Shown piece by piece: positions 21,205 through 31,682 of a stretch of 64,000 nucleotides of DNA (position 1 is the stretch's first letter; each line of letters opens with the position of its first letter). The notes under the pieces are model-generated. The model saw only the letters and a program-made list of their open reading frames with translations, made no database searches and was not told the DNA's origin. This DNA is from Escherichia coli (GTDB taxonomy: Bacteria > Pseudomonadota > Gammaproteobacteria > Enterobacterales > Enterobacteriaceae), in NCBI RefSeq assembly GCF_044324875.1, contig NZ_CP172185.1. The stretch is one strand, 5' to 3'. The translations under genes were made by a program, and so were the position numbers.

Positions 21205-22078
21205 ACAGTTCTCCCAGTAAATTTTTAGTATAATCTTCAGGATTTTCTTCAAATGCGTTCAAATCAAAATTTACAGGCCTGATAAGTAATTCAAAATTAC
21301 CAGATTCCACATCACTTATACATTGATTATATTGTTCAGTATTGATCGCCCTGAACTTAATGATGTCCCCTGCCCGGAAAAACACCATAGAGTCTTTGAA
21401 ATATGATAATTTCTGTTCTGTGTCATAAATCGGAGCTGGTGTTATACCGAACAATTGATACCCACCTGCCCCCCGGACTGGATATATAGCCCCGAAGCAC
21501 CCGCCATGACCAACAGAATGTTTTGGTGTATCAGTTCTGGGAACAAGATATTTTGGAACCTGGATTTGCTTTTTCCGGTCAACCATCTGATACATAAAAG
21601 GCAGCCCGGCAACGAAGCCAACCATAGAAACAAACCAGGGACTTGAATGATGGGCCTCAATAAACGTCTGAACATCCGGATATCCGTTTATTTCAGCAGC
21701 ATACTCAAGATCGGTTAATGCCGGGTTTTGATGATTATTCCGGAACCGCATCAGGGTTTCATGAGTCCATGGATCATTATACAATACAGGAATTTCAATT
21801 ATACGTGTCTGTAGTGTCATTTCTCCATTCCCGGAGAGCACATTAACATTTCGTATCTGTTGTAACAAATCATCAGGGTGTATAATGTCGGGATTAAATC
21901 TTATCTGACATGATGCATTTGCAAGGCAAATATCGAGCACACCATTAATATTTAATGATTCTATTTTTCTCGTAAGAGACAAGCTGTGAAAAAATGCTTT
22001 AAGAGACATTTCCTCACTGACTTCGATGAAAAGATGCTCATCAGCACCAAATGTATAGCGCAAATTTATATCAGTCAT
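21194..22078 (-). CDS. KipI/PxpB-like protein (allophanate hydrolase subunit 1 family)
   Basis: 294-aa ORF with cyclophilin-like KipI signature; overlaps downstream gene by 11 bp. Confidence 0.8.
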   Translation of the reverse strand: MTDINLRYTFGADEHLFIEVSEEMSLKAFFHSLSLTRKIESLNINGVLDICLANASCQIRFNPDIIHPDDLLQQIRNVNVLSGNGEMTLQTRIIEIPVLYNDPWTHETLMRFRNNHQNPALTDLEYAAEINGYPDVQTFIEAHHSSPWFVSMVGFVAGLPFMYQMVDRKKQIQVPKYLVPRTDTPKHSVGHGGCFGAIYPVRGAGGYQLFGITPAPIYDTEQKLSYFKDSMVFFRAGDIIKFRAINTEQYNQCISDVESGNFELLIRPVNFDLNAFEENPEDYTKNLLGELYGN

Positions 22079-22087
22079 ACAGGTTCC

Positions 22088-23449
22088 TCATTTAAATGCA
22101 CCGGTATTCAGCCAGTCTTCAAGCGTTTTATTATGAAACTGAGCATTTCTGAAAAACTCAGCTGATAATAATGCTTCATGAAGAGGTATAGTTGTATGAA
22201 CGCCTTCTATTTGCATATTACCAAGGGTCTCCCGGGCAAGACTTATCGTTTTTTCTCTGCTGTCAGTATGAATAATAAGTTTTGCCAGTAAAGAATCATA
22301 CCAGAGAGGCATCTTATACCCTTCAAACATGTGAGTATCGACTCTTATTCCCTGCCCTTCAGGTATCTGCAATACCGATATTGTTCCGGGACTGGGCATA
22401 AAACCATTGTAAGGATTTTCTGCATTAATCCTCATTTCAATTGCAGCTCCCTGTAACGTAATCTCATCCTGTCCAAACGACAGAGAGTCGCCCCCGGCAA
22501 TTCTCAGCATCCAGTCGATAATATCAATGCCTGTGACCATTTCTGTAACCGGATGTTCAACCTGAATCCGCGTATTCATTTCAATAAAAAAGAATTCCCC
22601 GCTCCGGTCATCGACCAGGTACTCAATAGTTCCTGCGCTTGAATAATTCAGCATTCTGGCGAGATTCAGTGCACTCTGACATAAGGCCTCACGTAGTGAC
22701 GCTGAAACAGAAGGCGATGGCGCTTCTTCTGTCACTTTTTGTCTTTTTCTCTGCAGAGAACACTCTCGTTCAAACAGGTGAACGATGTTTTTTCCGTCTC
22801 CAAGGATCTGAACTTCAACATGACGGGCTTCCGGTATATAACGTTCCAGATATACACCATCGTGCCCGAAAGCTGCTTTTGCTTCAGCACGCGCTACTGT
22901 ATATTCATGCACCAGCTGTTCCGGAGAATGTACAATCCGTATCCCCTTCCCGCCTCCCCCGGCCGAGGCCTTTATCAATAAAGGATATCCGGTAATATCC
23001 GATGCTACTGATAATGCCTCCTCAGGGCTTATAACCTCGCCATTTGAGCCTGGTACAACCGGGACACCTGCCTTTATCGCGCAATCTCTCGCGATTGCTT
23101 TATCCCCCATTTGCTCAATAATCTGAGGAGATGGCCCAACAAAAATAAGCCCTGCATCGAGCACCGCACGGGCAAAAGACGCATTCTCCGACAGAAAACC
23201 ATATCCGGGATGAATGGCCTGAGCGCCAGACTGAAGGGCTGCATCAATTATCTTCTTTCCGTCCAGATAACTGTCATCGGCACGGGATTTACCTATGACA
23301 ATAACTTCATCGGCGCTCTTTGCCGGAAGAGAATTGATGTCTGATTCGCTACATGCCAGCACCGTTTTTATATTCAGCTTCTTTGCACTTCGTATAATTC
23401 GTAATGCAATCTCACCTCTGTTGGCAATAAGCAGTTTTTGAATACTCAT
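22088..23449 (-). CDS. biotin carboxylase (AccC-like) subunit
   Basis: 453-aa ORF MSIQKLLIANRGEIALRIIRSAKKL... with ATP-grasp motifs and EMNTRIQVEH. Confidence 0.9.
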   Translation of the reverse strand: MSIQKLLIANRGEIALRIIRSAKKLNIKTVLACSESDINSLPAKSADEVIVIGKSRADDSYLDGKKIIDAALQSGAQAIHPGYGFLSENASFARAVLDAGLIFVGPSPQIIEQMGDKAIARDCAIKAGVPVVPGSNGEVISPEEALSVASDITGYPLLIKASAGGGGKGIRIVHSPEQLVHEYTVARAEAKAAFGHDGVYLERYIPEARHVEVQILGDGKNIVHLFERECSLQRKRQKVTEEAPSPSVSASLREALCQSALNLARMLNYSSAGTIEYLVDDRSGEFFFIEMNTRIQVEHPVTEMVTGIDIIDWMLRIAGGDSLSFGQDEITLQGAAIEMRINAENPYNGFMPSPGTISVLQIPEGQGIRVDTHMFEGYKMPLWYDSLLAKLIIHTDSREKTISLARETLGNMQIEGVHTTIPLHEALLSAEFFRNAQFHNKTLEDWLNTGAFK

Positions 23450-23621
23450 GCTCAGTTCCTTATATTATTTCTATGGTAGCCAGTACCTGACCAGGTTCCA
23501 CTTCCTCCCCATTCTCCACCTTAAACTGGATAGACTGGCCCCCTGAATCTCCAGACAACCAGTATCACTTAAATAAGTGATAGTCTTAATACTAGTTTTT
23601 AGACTAGTCATTGGAGAACAG

Positions 23622-23987
23622 ATGATTGATGTCTTAGGGCCGGAGAAACGCAGACGGCGTACCACACAGGAAAAGATCGCAATTGTTCAGCAGAGCTTTG
23701 AACCGGGGATGACGGTCTCCCTCGTTGCCCGGCAACATGGTGTAGCAGCCAGCCAGTTATTTCTCTGGCGTAAGCAATACCAGGAAGGAAGTCTTACTGC
23801 TGTCGCCGCCGGAGAACAGGTTGTTCCTGCCTCTGAACTTGCTGCCGCCATGAAGCAGATTAAAGAACTCCAGCGCCTGCTCGGCAAGAAAACGATGGAA
23901 AATGAACTCCTCAAAGAAGCCGTTGAATATGGACGGGCAAAAAAGTGGATAGCGCACGCGCCCTTATTGCCCGGGGATGGGGAGTAA
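23622..23987 (+). CDS. insC: IS2 InsC (OrfA)
   Basis: [52 protein letters not shown]... Confidence 0.9.
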
Positions 23988-24850
23988 GCTTAGTCAGCCG
24001 TTGTCTCCGGGTGTCGCGTGCGCAGTTGCACGTCATTCTCAGACGAACCGATGACTGGATGGATGGCCGCCGCAGTCGTCACACTGATGATACGGATGTG
24101 CTTCTCCGTATACACCATGTTATCGGAGAGCTGCCAACGTATGGTTATCGTCGGGTATGGGCGCTGCTTCGCAGACAGGCAGAACTTGATGGTATGCCTG
24201 CGATCAATGCCAAACGTGTTTACCGGATCATGCGCCAGAATGCGCTGTTGCTTGAGCGAAAACCTGCTGTACCGCCATCGAAACGGGCACATACAGGCAG
24301 AGTGGCTGTGAAAGAAAGTAATCAGCGATGGTGCTCTGACGGGTTCGAGTTCCGCTGTGATAACGGAGAAAAACTGCGAGTCACGTTCGCGCTGGACTGC
24401 TGTGACCGTGAGGCACTGCACTGGGCGGTCACTACGGGCGGCTTCAACAGTGAAACAGTACAGGACGTCATGCTGGGAGCGGTGGAACGCCGCTTCGGCA
24501 ACGAGCTTCCGGCGTCTCCAGTAGAGTGGCTGACGGATAATGGTTCATGCTACCGGGCTAATGAAACACGGCAGTTTGCCCGGATGTTGGGGCTTGAACC
24601 GAAGAGCACGGCGGTGCGGAGTCCGGAGAGTAACGGCATAGCAGAGAGCTTCGTGAAAACGATAAAGCGTGACTACATCAGTGTCATGCCCAAACCAGAC
24701 GGGTTAACGGCAGCAAAGAACCTTGCAGAGGCGTTCGAGCATTATAACGAATGGCATCCGCATAGTGCACTGGGTTATCGCTCGCCACGGGAATATCTAC
24801 GGCAGCAAGCCAGTAATGGGTTAAGTGATAACAGGTGTCTGGAAATATAG
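23945..24850 (+). CDS. insD: IS2 InsD (OrfB) transposase
   Basis: 301-aa ORF overlapping insC in the -1 frame, DDE core. Confidence 0.9.
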
Positions 24851-25058
24851 GGGCAAATCCACTGGATATTAGTCCCGGTTGTTTCAGCATGAATTTCGTT
24901 AAACTGCTTCATTATTTCAATCAACCCAATGACGGTACTCTCCTGAACAGTGTCACCATTCTCCAGAAACGGGGCACTATCAGGTGCTGGTTTCCGATAA
25001 AATACACCAGGTAAAGGTGAAAGAATTTCTGTAACAGCCATAACATCCTCCATGTATA

Positions 25059-25820
25059 TCAGTTTTGAGAATTTACACTTATGTCTGCCTCACGTAAGGC
25101 TTTATTTATTGCAATCAGAAGAGATAAGGCACCGGGCGTATCACTATGGACACAGACAGAAGAGAAATGAATGTCAATATCCTGATCTTCTACAGTACGA
25201 ACTTTTCCCTCCAGACAGGCACGCAGCACTTTTTTTGCGACATCATCAGGATTAAGAGGTTCAGTTCTCCGTATAAATACAATGGAACCGCTTTGATCAT
25301 AATCCCTGTCGGCATAAAACTCACAAATAACAGGATGTCCGATTTGCGTCGCTTCTTTCCAGATGGCACTACCATACATGCAATATATTCTCAATTCAGG
25401 CGCATAACTATGAAGCGTTGAGACAAAATGCTTTGCAGCATCCCGATCATGAGCAAGATGCATATACAACGCGCCATGAGGCTTAACATGGTTTACAGGC
25501 ACATTGTGTAATGTGGCAAATTCACGCAAGGCCCCCAGCTGATAAATCATGTCATTGGTGATTTCCTCTGCGGTGCAGTGAATATGACGCCGGCCAAAAC
25601 CAGCCAGATCACGATAACCGGGATGAGCACCGACAGACACACCACTGTCACGGGCGCTGATTATTGTACGGTGCATAATCCCCGGATCACCTGCATGAAA
25701 ACCTGTCGCTATATTCGCTGAGGAGATGTATGGCATAATATCAATATCCCGGATATCTCCGAGAGTCCATGCTCCAAAGCTTTCCCCCATATCAGAGCTG
25801 ATATCAATACTGCGAAGCAT
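25059..25820 (-). CDS. LamB/YcsF-family protein (PxpA-like)
   Basis: Translation from MLRSIDISSDMGESFGAW...; first gene of the minus-strand operon. Confidence 0.8.
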   Translation of the reverse strand: MLRSIDISSDMGESFGAWTLGDIRDIDIMPYISSANIATGFHAGDPGIMHRTIISARDSGVSVGAHPGYRDLAGFGRRHIHCTAEEITNDMIYQLGALREFATLHNVPVNHVKPHGALYMHLAHDRDAAKHFVSTLHSYAPELRIYCMYGSAIWKEATQIGHPVICEFYADRDYDQSGSIVFIRRTEPLNPDDVAKKVLRACLEGKVRTVEDQDIDIHFSSVCVHSDTPGALSLLIAINKALREADISVNSQN

Positions 25821-25962
25821 TAAAACCTCCGTCTGACAAATACGGTAACAGTATGTCATGTAGCACATTTGTTTCTTTATTGTAAATTATTATTTTTCTA
25901 TGGTAATATATTAAATTTATTTATAATTACTGTTGCAAAAATATCTTTATCAGGAAAATTTG

Positions 25963-26898
25963 ATGAACATCACACTCAGACAGATAAAATATTTCGTATC
26001 AACAGCGGAGTCCGGATCGTTATCAACTGCAGCCAAATCACTCAATATTTCACAGTCTGCGATAACAACAGCAATTCAGGGGCTTGAAAGGGACATCGGT
26101 TATAAATTACTGATTCGCTCAAAATCTGGCGTTGATTTAACAGATGAGGGAAGACTGTTCTTATACAATGCCTACAATATTATCCGGACATATGATGAGG
26201 CAATAAATACAGTGCATGTTCAGAAGCCTTTGCATGGAACAGTTTCCATTGCGGCGACTTATACAATAATGGGATATTTTTTACCTGTTCATCTGAAACA
26301 ATTTTCAAGAATTTATCCACATATAAAGCTGGAGCTTTTTGAAAATCAAAGAAGCATTATTGAAACCGGACTTCTCAGCGGAAAATATGATATTGGGATT
26401 GTAATCAATGATAATCTGACATGTCCCGATATTGTATCAGAAACACTGTTACGGTCGGAGCGCCGTATATGGTTACCATCCGGCCACCCTCTGCTGGAAA
26501 AAGAAATTCTCTCCCTGAATGATATTGTCTCAGAGCCTTTTATTATCCTTGATGTGGATGAAGCATGGGAAACAGCAAAACGTTACTGGAATACGGCCAG
26601 TACCATGCCAGATGTAATTTTACATACGCATTCTATTGAAGCTGTACGAAGTATGGTTGCGAATGATATGGGTATAACCATTCTTTCTGACATGGTTTAT
26701 CGCCCATGGTCGCTTGAAGGGAAACGTATAGAAACACGCGCATTATCTAAATCAGAAGTTTTCCCAATGAGTATTGGCCTGGCATGGCGTAATAATGTTG
26801 AGTTTACGCCTGCAATGCAGGCTTTCATCAATTATTTCAGAAAGATTTTTATGTGTTCTCCCGGTTATCAAAACCGGAATGTTGACCACTTTATCTGA
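25963..26898 (+). CDS. LysR-family transcriptional regulator
   Basis: MNITLRQIKYFVSTAESGSLSTAAKSLNISQSAITTAIQGLE... HTH; divergent from the pxp-like operon. Confidence 0.8.
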   Translation: MNITLRQIKYFVSTAESGSLSTAAKSLNISQSAITTAIQGLERDIGYKLLIRSKSGVDLTDEGRLFLYNAYNIIRTYDEAINTVHVQKPLHGTVSIAATYTIMGYFLPVHLKQFSRIYPHIKLELFENQRSIIETGLLSGKYDIGIVINDNLTCPDIVSETLLRSERRIWLPSGHPLLEKEILSLNDIVSEPFIILDVDEAWETAKRYWNTASTMPDVILHTHSIEAVRSMVANDMGITILSDMVYRPWSLEGKRIETRALSKSEVFPMSIGLAWRNNVEFTPAMQAFINYFRKIFMCSPGYQNRNVDHFI

Positions 26899-27039
26899 TG
26901 TGTTAAAGACATCACTTTATTATTACCACTATAGCTGAACTCATTGAAGATGATTAACTACTGTCTGCTCAGAGAAACGATGTAAAGTGAAATGTGAATA
27001 CTCCTGACCAGAGTGTTGTTCCCTCTGTTACCAGCCACC

Positions 27040-28497
27040 TCAGACCTTTACCAGCACCTGAGGGCAGTGATGGCGCAAACAGGTCAGAAGCGTGGCGAAA
27101 GCCTCTTCCATCTGCGCTTCCGGCAGACTCGCAAATCCCATCAACAGTCCTCTTTTACGCTGTGCTGTCAGGTAGTAAAGCGACAGCGGACGCACCAGTA
27201 TATTTTGTGCATTGGCGCTGGCCGCAACCGCAACATCATCAACATCGTCCGGTAAATTTAATATCAGATGCAGCCCGGCATTATCGCTGAAATCTGACAG
27301 TGCCTGTGTTCCACAGTGACGTTCAATCAGTTCACCAAGAAAGGCGCGACGGCGACTGTACAGTAACCGCATACGGCGAATATGAGCAGAATAATGCCCT
27401 CCGTTGATAAACTCAGCCAGTGCCATCTGGATCAGTGTATGCCCGCCACGATAAAGCTCAGCATGGGCACGTTTTAAAGCCTCTTTCAGCGGGCGCGGTA
27501 ATACCAGATAACCCAGCCTCAGTCCGGGATACACTGTCTTGCTGAAAGTACCAATATACACCACTGGTGCATCGTCAATAAGCCCCTGTAGTGCCGGAAC
27601 TGGTTGACCGGAAAAGCGAAATTCACTGTCATAATCATCTTCCACAATCCAGCTTCCATGCTGTCTGGCAAGGGCCAGCAAGCGTTGCCGTCGCTCAAGA
27701 CTCATCACCACGCCCAGAGGGTATTGATGGGATGGCGTGACGAAAATCAGCCTGGGAGGTGGCATCAGGCGTTCGGGAGGTACCAGACCACTGGCATCAA
27801 CGGCAACAGGGGTGATCTGCACAGCATTCATTGCCAGTACATGGCGTATTCCCCAGTAAGACGGCTCTTCCACCCATGCCATATCACCGGCATCTGCCAG
27901 CATGCGTGCAACAAGATCGATCGCCTGATGGATACCTTCGGTGATAAGTATCTGATCAGCCTGACAGCGTACGCCACGCGCAATCCGTAAATAATCAACC
28001 AGTGCATGCTGTAATTCCGGTGTCCCTCCGGTACAGCTATAGCTCAGCCGCTCCGGCTCAGGACGGCGACTGATACGCGCCTGAATCCTGCTGAACAGGG
28101 GGTGGGGAAAGGCACTGACATCCGGGACGCCGGGAATAAATGCCCCCCACTGGCACGGACTGGCGCTGACATGCCGGAGCAGATAATCCCCGCGGTGAGA
28201 AACAGCAGAACTCAGCCTGGCATCTTCACTTTTTTCCGTGTTACTGAACGCCATTAAGAAGGTATCAGGAGCCGTCTGTGCGACGAATGTTCCGCTTCCA
28301 CGACGTGATACCACATATCCTTCCGCCTGTAATTGTTCATAAGTTGTTAATACTGTGTTTCTTGAGATTCCAAGTTCAACTGCAAGTTCCCTGGAGGCAG
28401 GGAGACGGCTGTGCGGCGGTAAAGAGCCATCGAGAATAGCATAGCGAAGCGCATTATAGAGCCGTTTGTGCAGAAGTTTATCCTGCTCCTGACCCAT
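27040..28497 (-). CDS. MocR/GabR-type regulator (GntR HTH fused to aminotransferase-like domain)
   Basis: N-terminal GntR HTH (LPASRELAVELGISRNTVLTTYEQLQAEGYV) followed by a fold-type-I aminotransferase-like domain; start trimmed to ATG 28497. Confidence 0.8.
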   Translation of the reverse strand: MGQEQDKLLHKRLYNALRYAILDGSLPPHSRLPASRELAVELGISRNTVLTTYEQLQAEGYVVSRRGSGTFVAQTAPDTFLMAFSNTEKSEDARLSSAVSHRGDYLLRHVSASPCQWGAFIPGVPDVSAFPHPLFSRIQARISRRPEPERLSYSCTGGTPELQHALVDYLRIARGVRCQADQILITEGIHQAIDLVARMLADAGDMAWVEEPSYWGIRHVLAMNAVQITPVAVDASGLVPPERLMPPPRLIFVTPSHQYPLGVVMSLERRQRLLALARQHGSWIVEDDYDSEFRFSGQPVPALQGLIDDAPVVYIGTFSKTVYPGLRLGYLVLPRPLKEALKRAHAELYRGGHTLIQMALAEFINGGHYSAHIRRMRLLYSRRRAFLGELIERHCGTQALSDFSDNAGLHLILNLPDDVDDVAVAASANAQNILVRPLSLYYLTAQRKRGLLMGFASLPEAQMEEAFATLLTCLRHHCPQVLVKV

Positions 28498-28651
28498 TCT
28501 GAACAGCAGCAGATCGCCTATGAATGCCCTCAACTGGATCCCTCAGATAATCAAAATTGGTACTCGATTATAGTGCCATCGCCTGCCTAAATAAACAACA
28601 CAGCGTCTCATTTGTTGCAGTTAAGTGACATATTTAACAGGAGAGTCGGGA

Positions 28652-29917
28652 ATGAAAAATTCTGAACTGAATCATCGTCGCCAGCAGGCGACTCCCCGTG
28701 GTGTGGGGGTAATGTGTGACTACTTTGTCGGGAAAGCGGAGAACGCCACGCTGTGGGATGTGGAAGGCAATGAAGTTATCGACTTTGCCGCCGGTATTGC
28801 CGTACTGAACACCGGCCATCGGCATCCAAAAATTGTGGCGGCGGTAGAGCAGCAGTTGCAGTCGTTTACCCATACCGCTTATCAGATTGTCCCTTATGAG
28901 AGTTACGTTTCGCTTGCAGAACGTATTAATGCTGTCGCCCCTGTCGATGGACCTGCCAAAACGGCATTTTTTACCACCGGTGCCGAAGCAGTTGAAAATG
29001 CGGTGAAAATTGCGCGCGCATACACCGGTCGTCCGGGGATTATTACTTTTGGCGGTGGGTTCCATGGTCGTACATTCATGACCATGGCACTCACGGGCAA
29101 AGTCGCTCCCTACAAAACAGGGTTTGGCCCGTTCCCGGGCTCAGTTTACCACGCCGTCTATCCTAATGATGCCCATGGCATTTCCGTTGATGATGCTCTC
29201 AGGAGTCTTGATCGTATCTTTAAAGCAGATATTCCTGCTGATCAGGTCGCCGCGATTGTACTGGAGCCCGTTCAGGGAGAAGGCGGGTTCAATGTCGCTC
29301 CGGCCGCTTTTATGCAGGCATTGCGTGAGTTGTGCGATACACACGGGATCCTGCTGGTTGCCGACGAAGTACAGACCGGTTTTGCCCGTACTGGCAGGCT
29401 ATTTGCGATGCAGCACTACGCTGTGAAAGCCGATCTGATAACAATGGCGAAAAGTCTGGCTGGCGGCTTCCCGTTATCGGGGGTTGTGGGGCGTGCCGAA
29501 GTCATGGATGCCCCGGCTCCGGGAGGACTGGGAGGTACTTATGCCGGTAATCCGCTGGCAGTAGCTGCTGCGCATGCGGTGCTGGATATCATTGAAGAAG
29601 AACAGCTCTGCCAGCGTGCCGATCAACTTGGCGAACATCTGAAAGAGGTGCTCAGTCAGGCCCGGGCAGGATGTCCGGCAATTGCGGATGTGCGTGGACT
29701 GGGTTCAATGGTGGCAGTGGAGTTTAACAATCCGCAAAGCGGTGAGCCGTCGGCGGAATATGCACGACAGGTACAGCACAAAGCCCGGGAAAACGGCCTG
29801 CTGCTGTTGAACTGTGGTATCTACGGTAACGTTATCCGTTTTCTCTACCCTTTAACAATCCCGGATGCTCAGTTCAGCAAAGCGCTGAATATTCTGACCC
29901 GAATTCTGCGTACCTGA
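28652..29917 (+). CDS. class-III aminotransferase, GabT/PuuE-like (4-aminobutyrate aminotransferase family)
   Basis: Strong resemblance to GabT including DEVQTGFARTG and the TMAK PLP-lysine region; ATG 28652 with AGGAG RBS. Confidence 0.85.
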   Translation: MKNSELNHRRQQATPRGVGVMCDYFVGKAENATLWDVEGNEVIDFAAGIAVLNTGHRHPKIVAAVEQQLQSFTHTAYQIVPYESYVSLAERINAVAPVDGPAKTAFFTTGAEAVENAVKIARAYTGRPGIITFGGGFHGRTFMTMALTGKVAPYKTGFGPFPGSVYHAVYPNDAHGISVDDALRSLDRIFKADIPADQVAAIVLEPVQGEGGFNVAPAAFMQALRELCDTHGILLVADEVQTGFARTGRLFAMQHYAVKADLITMAKSLAGGFPLSGVVGRAEVMDAPAPGGLGGTYAGNPLAVAAAHAVLDIIEEEQLCQRADQLGEHLKEVLSQARAGCPAIADVRGLGSMVAVEFNNPQSGEPSAEYARQVQHKARENGLLLLNCGIYGNVIRFLYPLTIPDAQFSKALNILTRILRT

Positions 29918-30051
29918 TATGCACGGAAAATTGCCACAACGGCAGGGAAGCCTTTCTTTCCCACGTGTCGTTTGTGCCAGGCGTGAGTGATTTATTCCTG
30001 ATATCACCTTTTTCCGGCGGCAATAGTCGCCGGTGTAATACGGAATCTGTT

Positions 30052-31296
30052 ATGTCTGAAAATGCCACCTTTTCCCCTGAACAGTCATGCCGCAAACATA
30101 CCGCTGCGCCGGCGAAATCCCTGAGTTTCGTTGAAGGTGTGTCGATGATTGTCGGCACGAACATTGGCGCAGGTGTACTGTCTGTGGCCTACGCCTCCGG
30201 TAAAGCCGGTTTTCTGCCGCTGTTATTCTGGCTCGTGCTGGTCGGGAGCCTGACCACCATAACCATGCTGTATGTGGCTGAATCGACTTTACGTACCCGT
30301 AAACATTTGCAGTTAAGCGGATTGTCACATCGTTATGTCGGACGCTGTGGCGCGCTGATAATGTTCCTTTCCGTCTGTGTGAACAGCGTTGGCGCTCTGA
30401 TTGCATATATGAGCGGAAGCGGTAAGCTGCTGCACTCACTGCTGGGCATTTCTCCAGCTCTGGGTAGCATGTTATTTTTCATTCCCGCCGCAGGAGTGCT
30501 TTATCTCGGCCTGAAAGCGATAGGTCGCGGGGAAAAATTTATAAGTATCGGTATGGTGGTGATGCTCACTATCCTTATCGTCGCCACAATGCTGAAAGAC
30601 ACAACACAAATGCGTTACCTGCTGGATGGCAACTGGCTGTATATGGTGCCGGTCTTTAACGTTGTGGCATTTTGTTTCTCGGCACAATATATTGTTCCGG
30701 AAATGGCGCGCGGTTTTTCTGATAAACCAGAAAAATTGCCGAAGGCAATTATGGTCGGGATGGGAATTACCTTCATTCTGCTGGCTCTGGTGCCTATGTC
30801 TGTCATAGCACTCAACGGGCTGGACAATATTTCTGATGTGGCGACCATTTCCTGGGGACGTGCGCTGGGTGAGTGGGCCTTTTTCTCTGCGAATCTGTTT
30901 GCTCTTTGCGCGATGCTGACTTCTTACTGGGGACTTGGTGGCAGTTTTCTGACCAATATCGTTGACCAGTTCAGTCCGGGCGATGACAGCCAGCCTCTAA
31001 GACGCTTTCTGTTACTGCTGATCGTTGTCATACCACCGTTTATTCTTGCTTATAGCGGCATGGTATCGTTTGTAAATGCGCTTTATTTTGCGGGGGTCTT
31101 CAGTGGCGTGGTCCTGTCTGTTATGCCCATTCTGATACTGAAAGGGGCGCGCCAGCACGGTGACCTGACACCTGGCTGGACGTGTCCTGCACTCATTATT
31201 CATCCGCTACTCCAGAGCTTTATTGTGTTGTTATATCTCTGTAGCGCTGCGTATGCAATTGCTTCTGCGCTGGGCCATCTCCCGGCAGGCTGGTAA
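30052..31296 (+). CDS. amino acid permease (HAAAP-like)
   Basis: Polytopic membrane ORF; start chosen at MSENATF (30052); substrate unknown. Confidence 0.7.
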   Translation: MSENATFSPEQSCRKHTAAPAKSLSFVEGVSMIVGTNIGAGVLSVAYASGKAGFLPLLFWLVLVGSLTTITMLYVAESTLRTRKHLQLSGLSHRYVGRCGALIMFLSVCVNSVGALIAYMSGSGKLLHSLLGISPALGSMLFFIPAAGVLYLGLKAIGRGEKFISIGMVVMLTILIVATMLKDTTQMRYLLDGNWLYMVPVFNVVAFCFSAQYIVPEMARGFSDKPEKLPKAIMVGMGITFILLALVPMSVIALNGLDNISDVATISWGRALGEWAFFSANLFALCAMLTSYWGLGGSFLTNIVDQFSPGDDSQPLRRFLLLLIVVIPPFILAYSGMVSFVNALYFAGVFSGVVLSVMPILILKGARQHGDLTPGWTCPALIIHPLLQSFIVLLYLCSAAYAIASALGHLPAGW

Positions 31297-31569
31297 ACAT
31301 AAAGGAAAAGTATTATCGACCTCCTGTATATTAAAATTGAGTTAGCATAGTGACGAACAGATTTGGCAGGGCATATGTAGCCTGCTCCCCTCCGGGGTTT
31401 AAAGCTCTTTTTGTAAGCAACGGGCGCATGTGCTGACCCACTCATTTGACATCATGACGGTTTATCTGTACGTCACCATAACGCATTTTATAAGAATGTT
31501 TTTTGTCCCATAACAGGTGTCCACTGGTTAAAAAGGTGGGCACCTGTCGTTACCAGTACTGGCTTAATT

Positions 31570-31598
31570 GCTACATACGGCTGTCGGTTTACGCTTAC
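31570..31598. repeat. solo IS66-family terminal inverted repeat
   Basis: GCTACATACGGCTGTCGGTTTACGCTTAC differs at 2 of 29 positions from the right end of the IS66-family element at 41991-42019; no transposase body adjacent. Confidence 0.5.
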
Positions 31599-31621
31599 TT
31601 TCAACTTGTGGGTAAGGGGAT

Positions 31622-31682
31622 GGAGTGCGAATAAATGATCGAGCTTCGTGCGAATCACTGATCGAATACATCGGAATGCGCA
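31622..31682 (+). mobile_element. IS21-family right-end remnant
   Basis: ...GATCGAATACATCGGAATGCGCA matches the right end of the intact IS21-family element (…GATCGAATAGAGCGGAATACGCA) including GCGAAT subterminal repeats. Confidence 0.5.

Larger units (their letters stand above)
23531..24861 (+). mobile_element. IS2 (1331 bp)
   Basis: Ends TAGACTGGCCCCCTGAATCTCC and ...ATAGGGGCAAATCCA; 5-bp target duplication CTGGA at 23526-23530 and 24862-24866. Confidence 0.95.
23460..25053 (-). pseudogene. biotin carboxyl carrier protein (BCCP-like) gene interrupted by IS2
   Basis: N-fragment 24862-25053 (…IEIMKQFNEIHAETTGTNIQ) and C-fragment 23460-23530 (FKVENGEEVEPGQVLATIEII*) join in frame to an 84-aa biotinyl-domain protein once IS2 and one CTGGA copy are removed. 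Confidence 0.75.
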
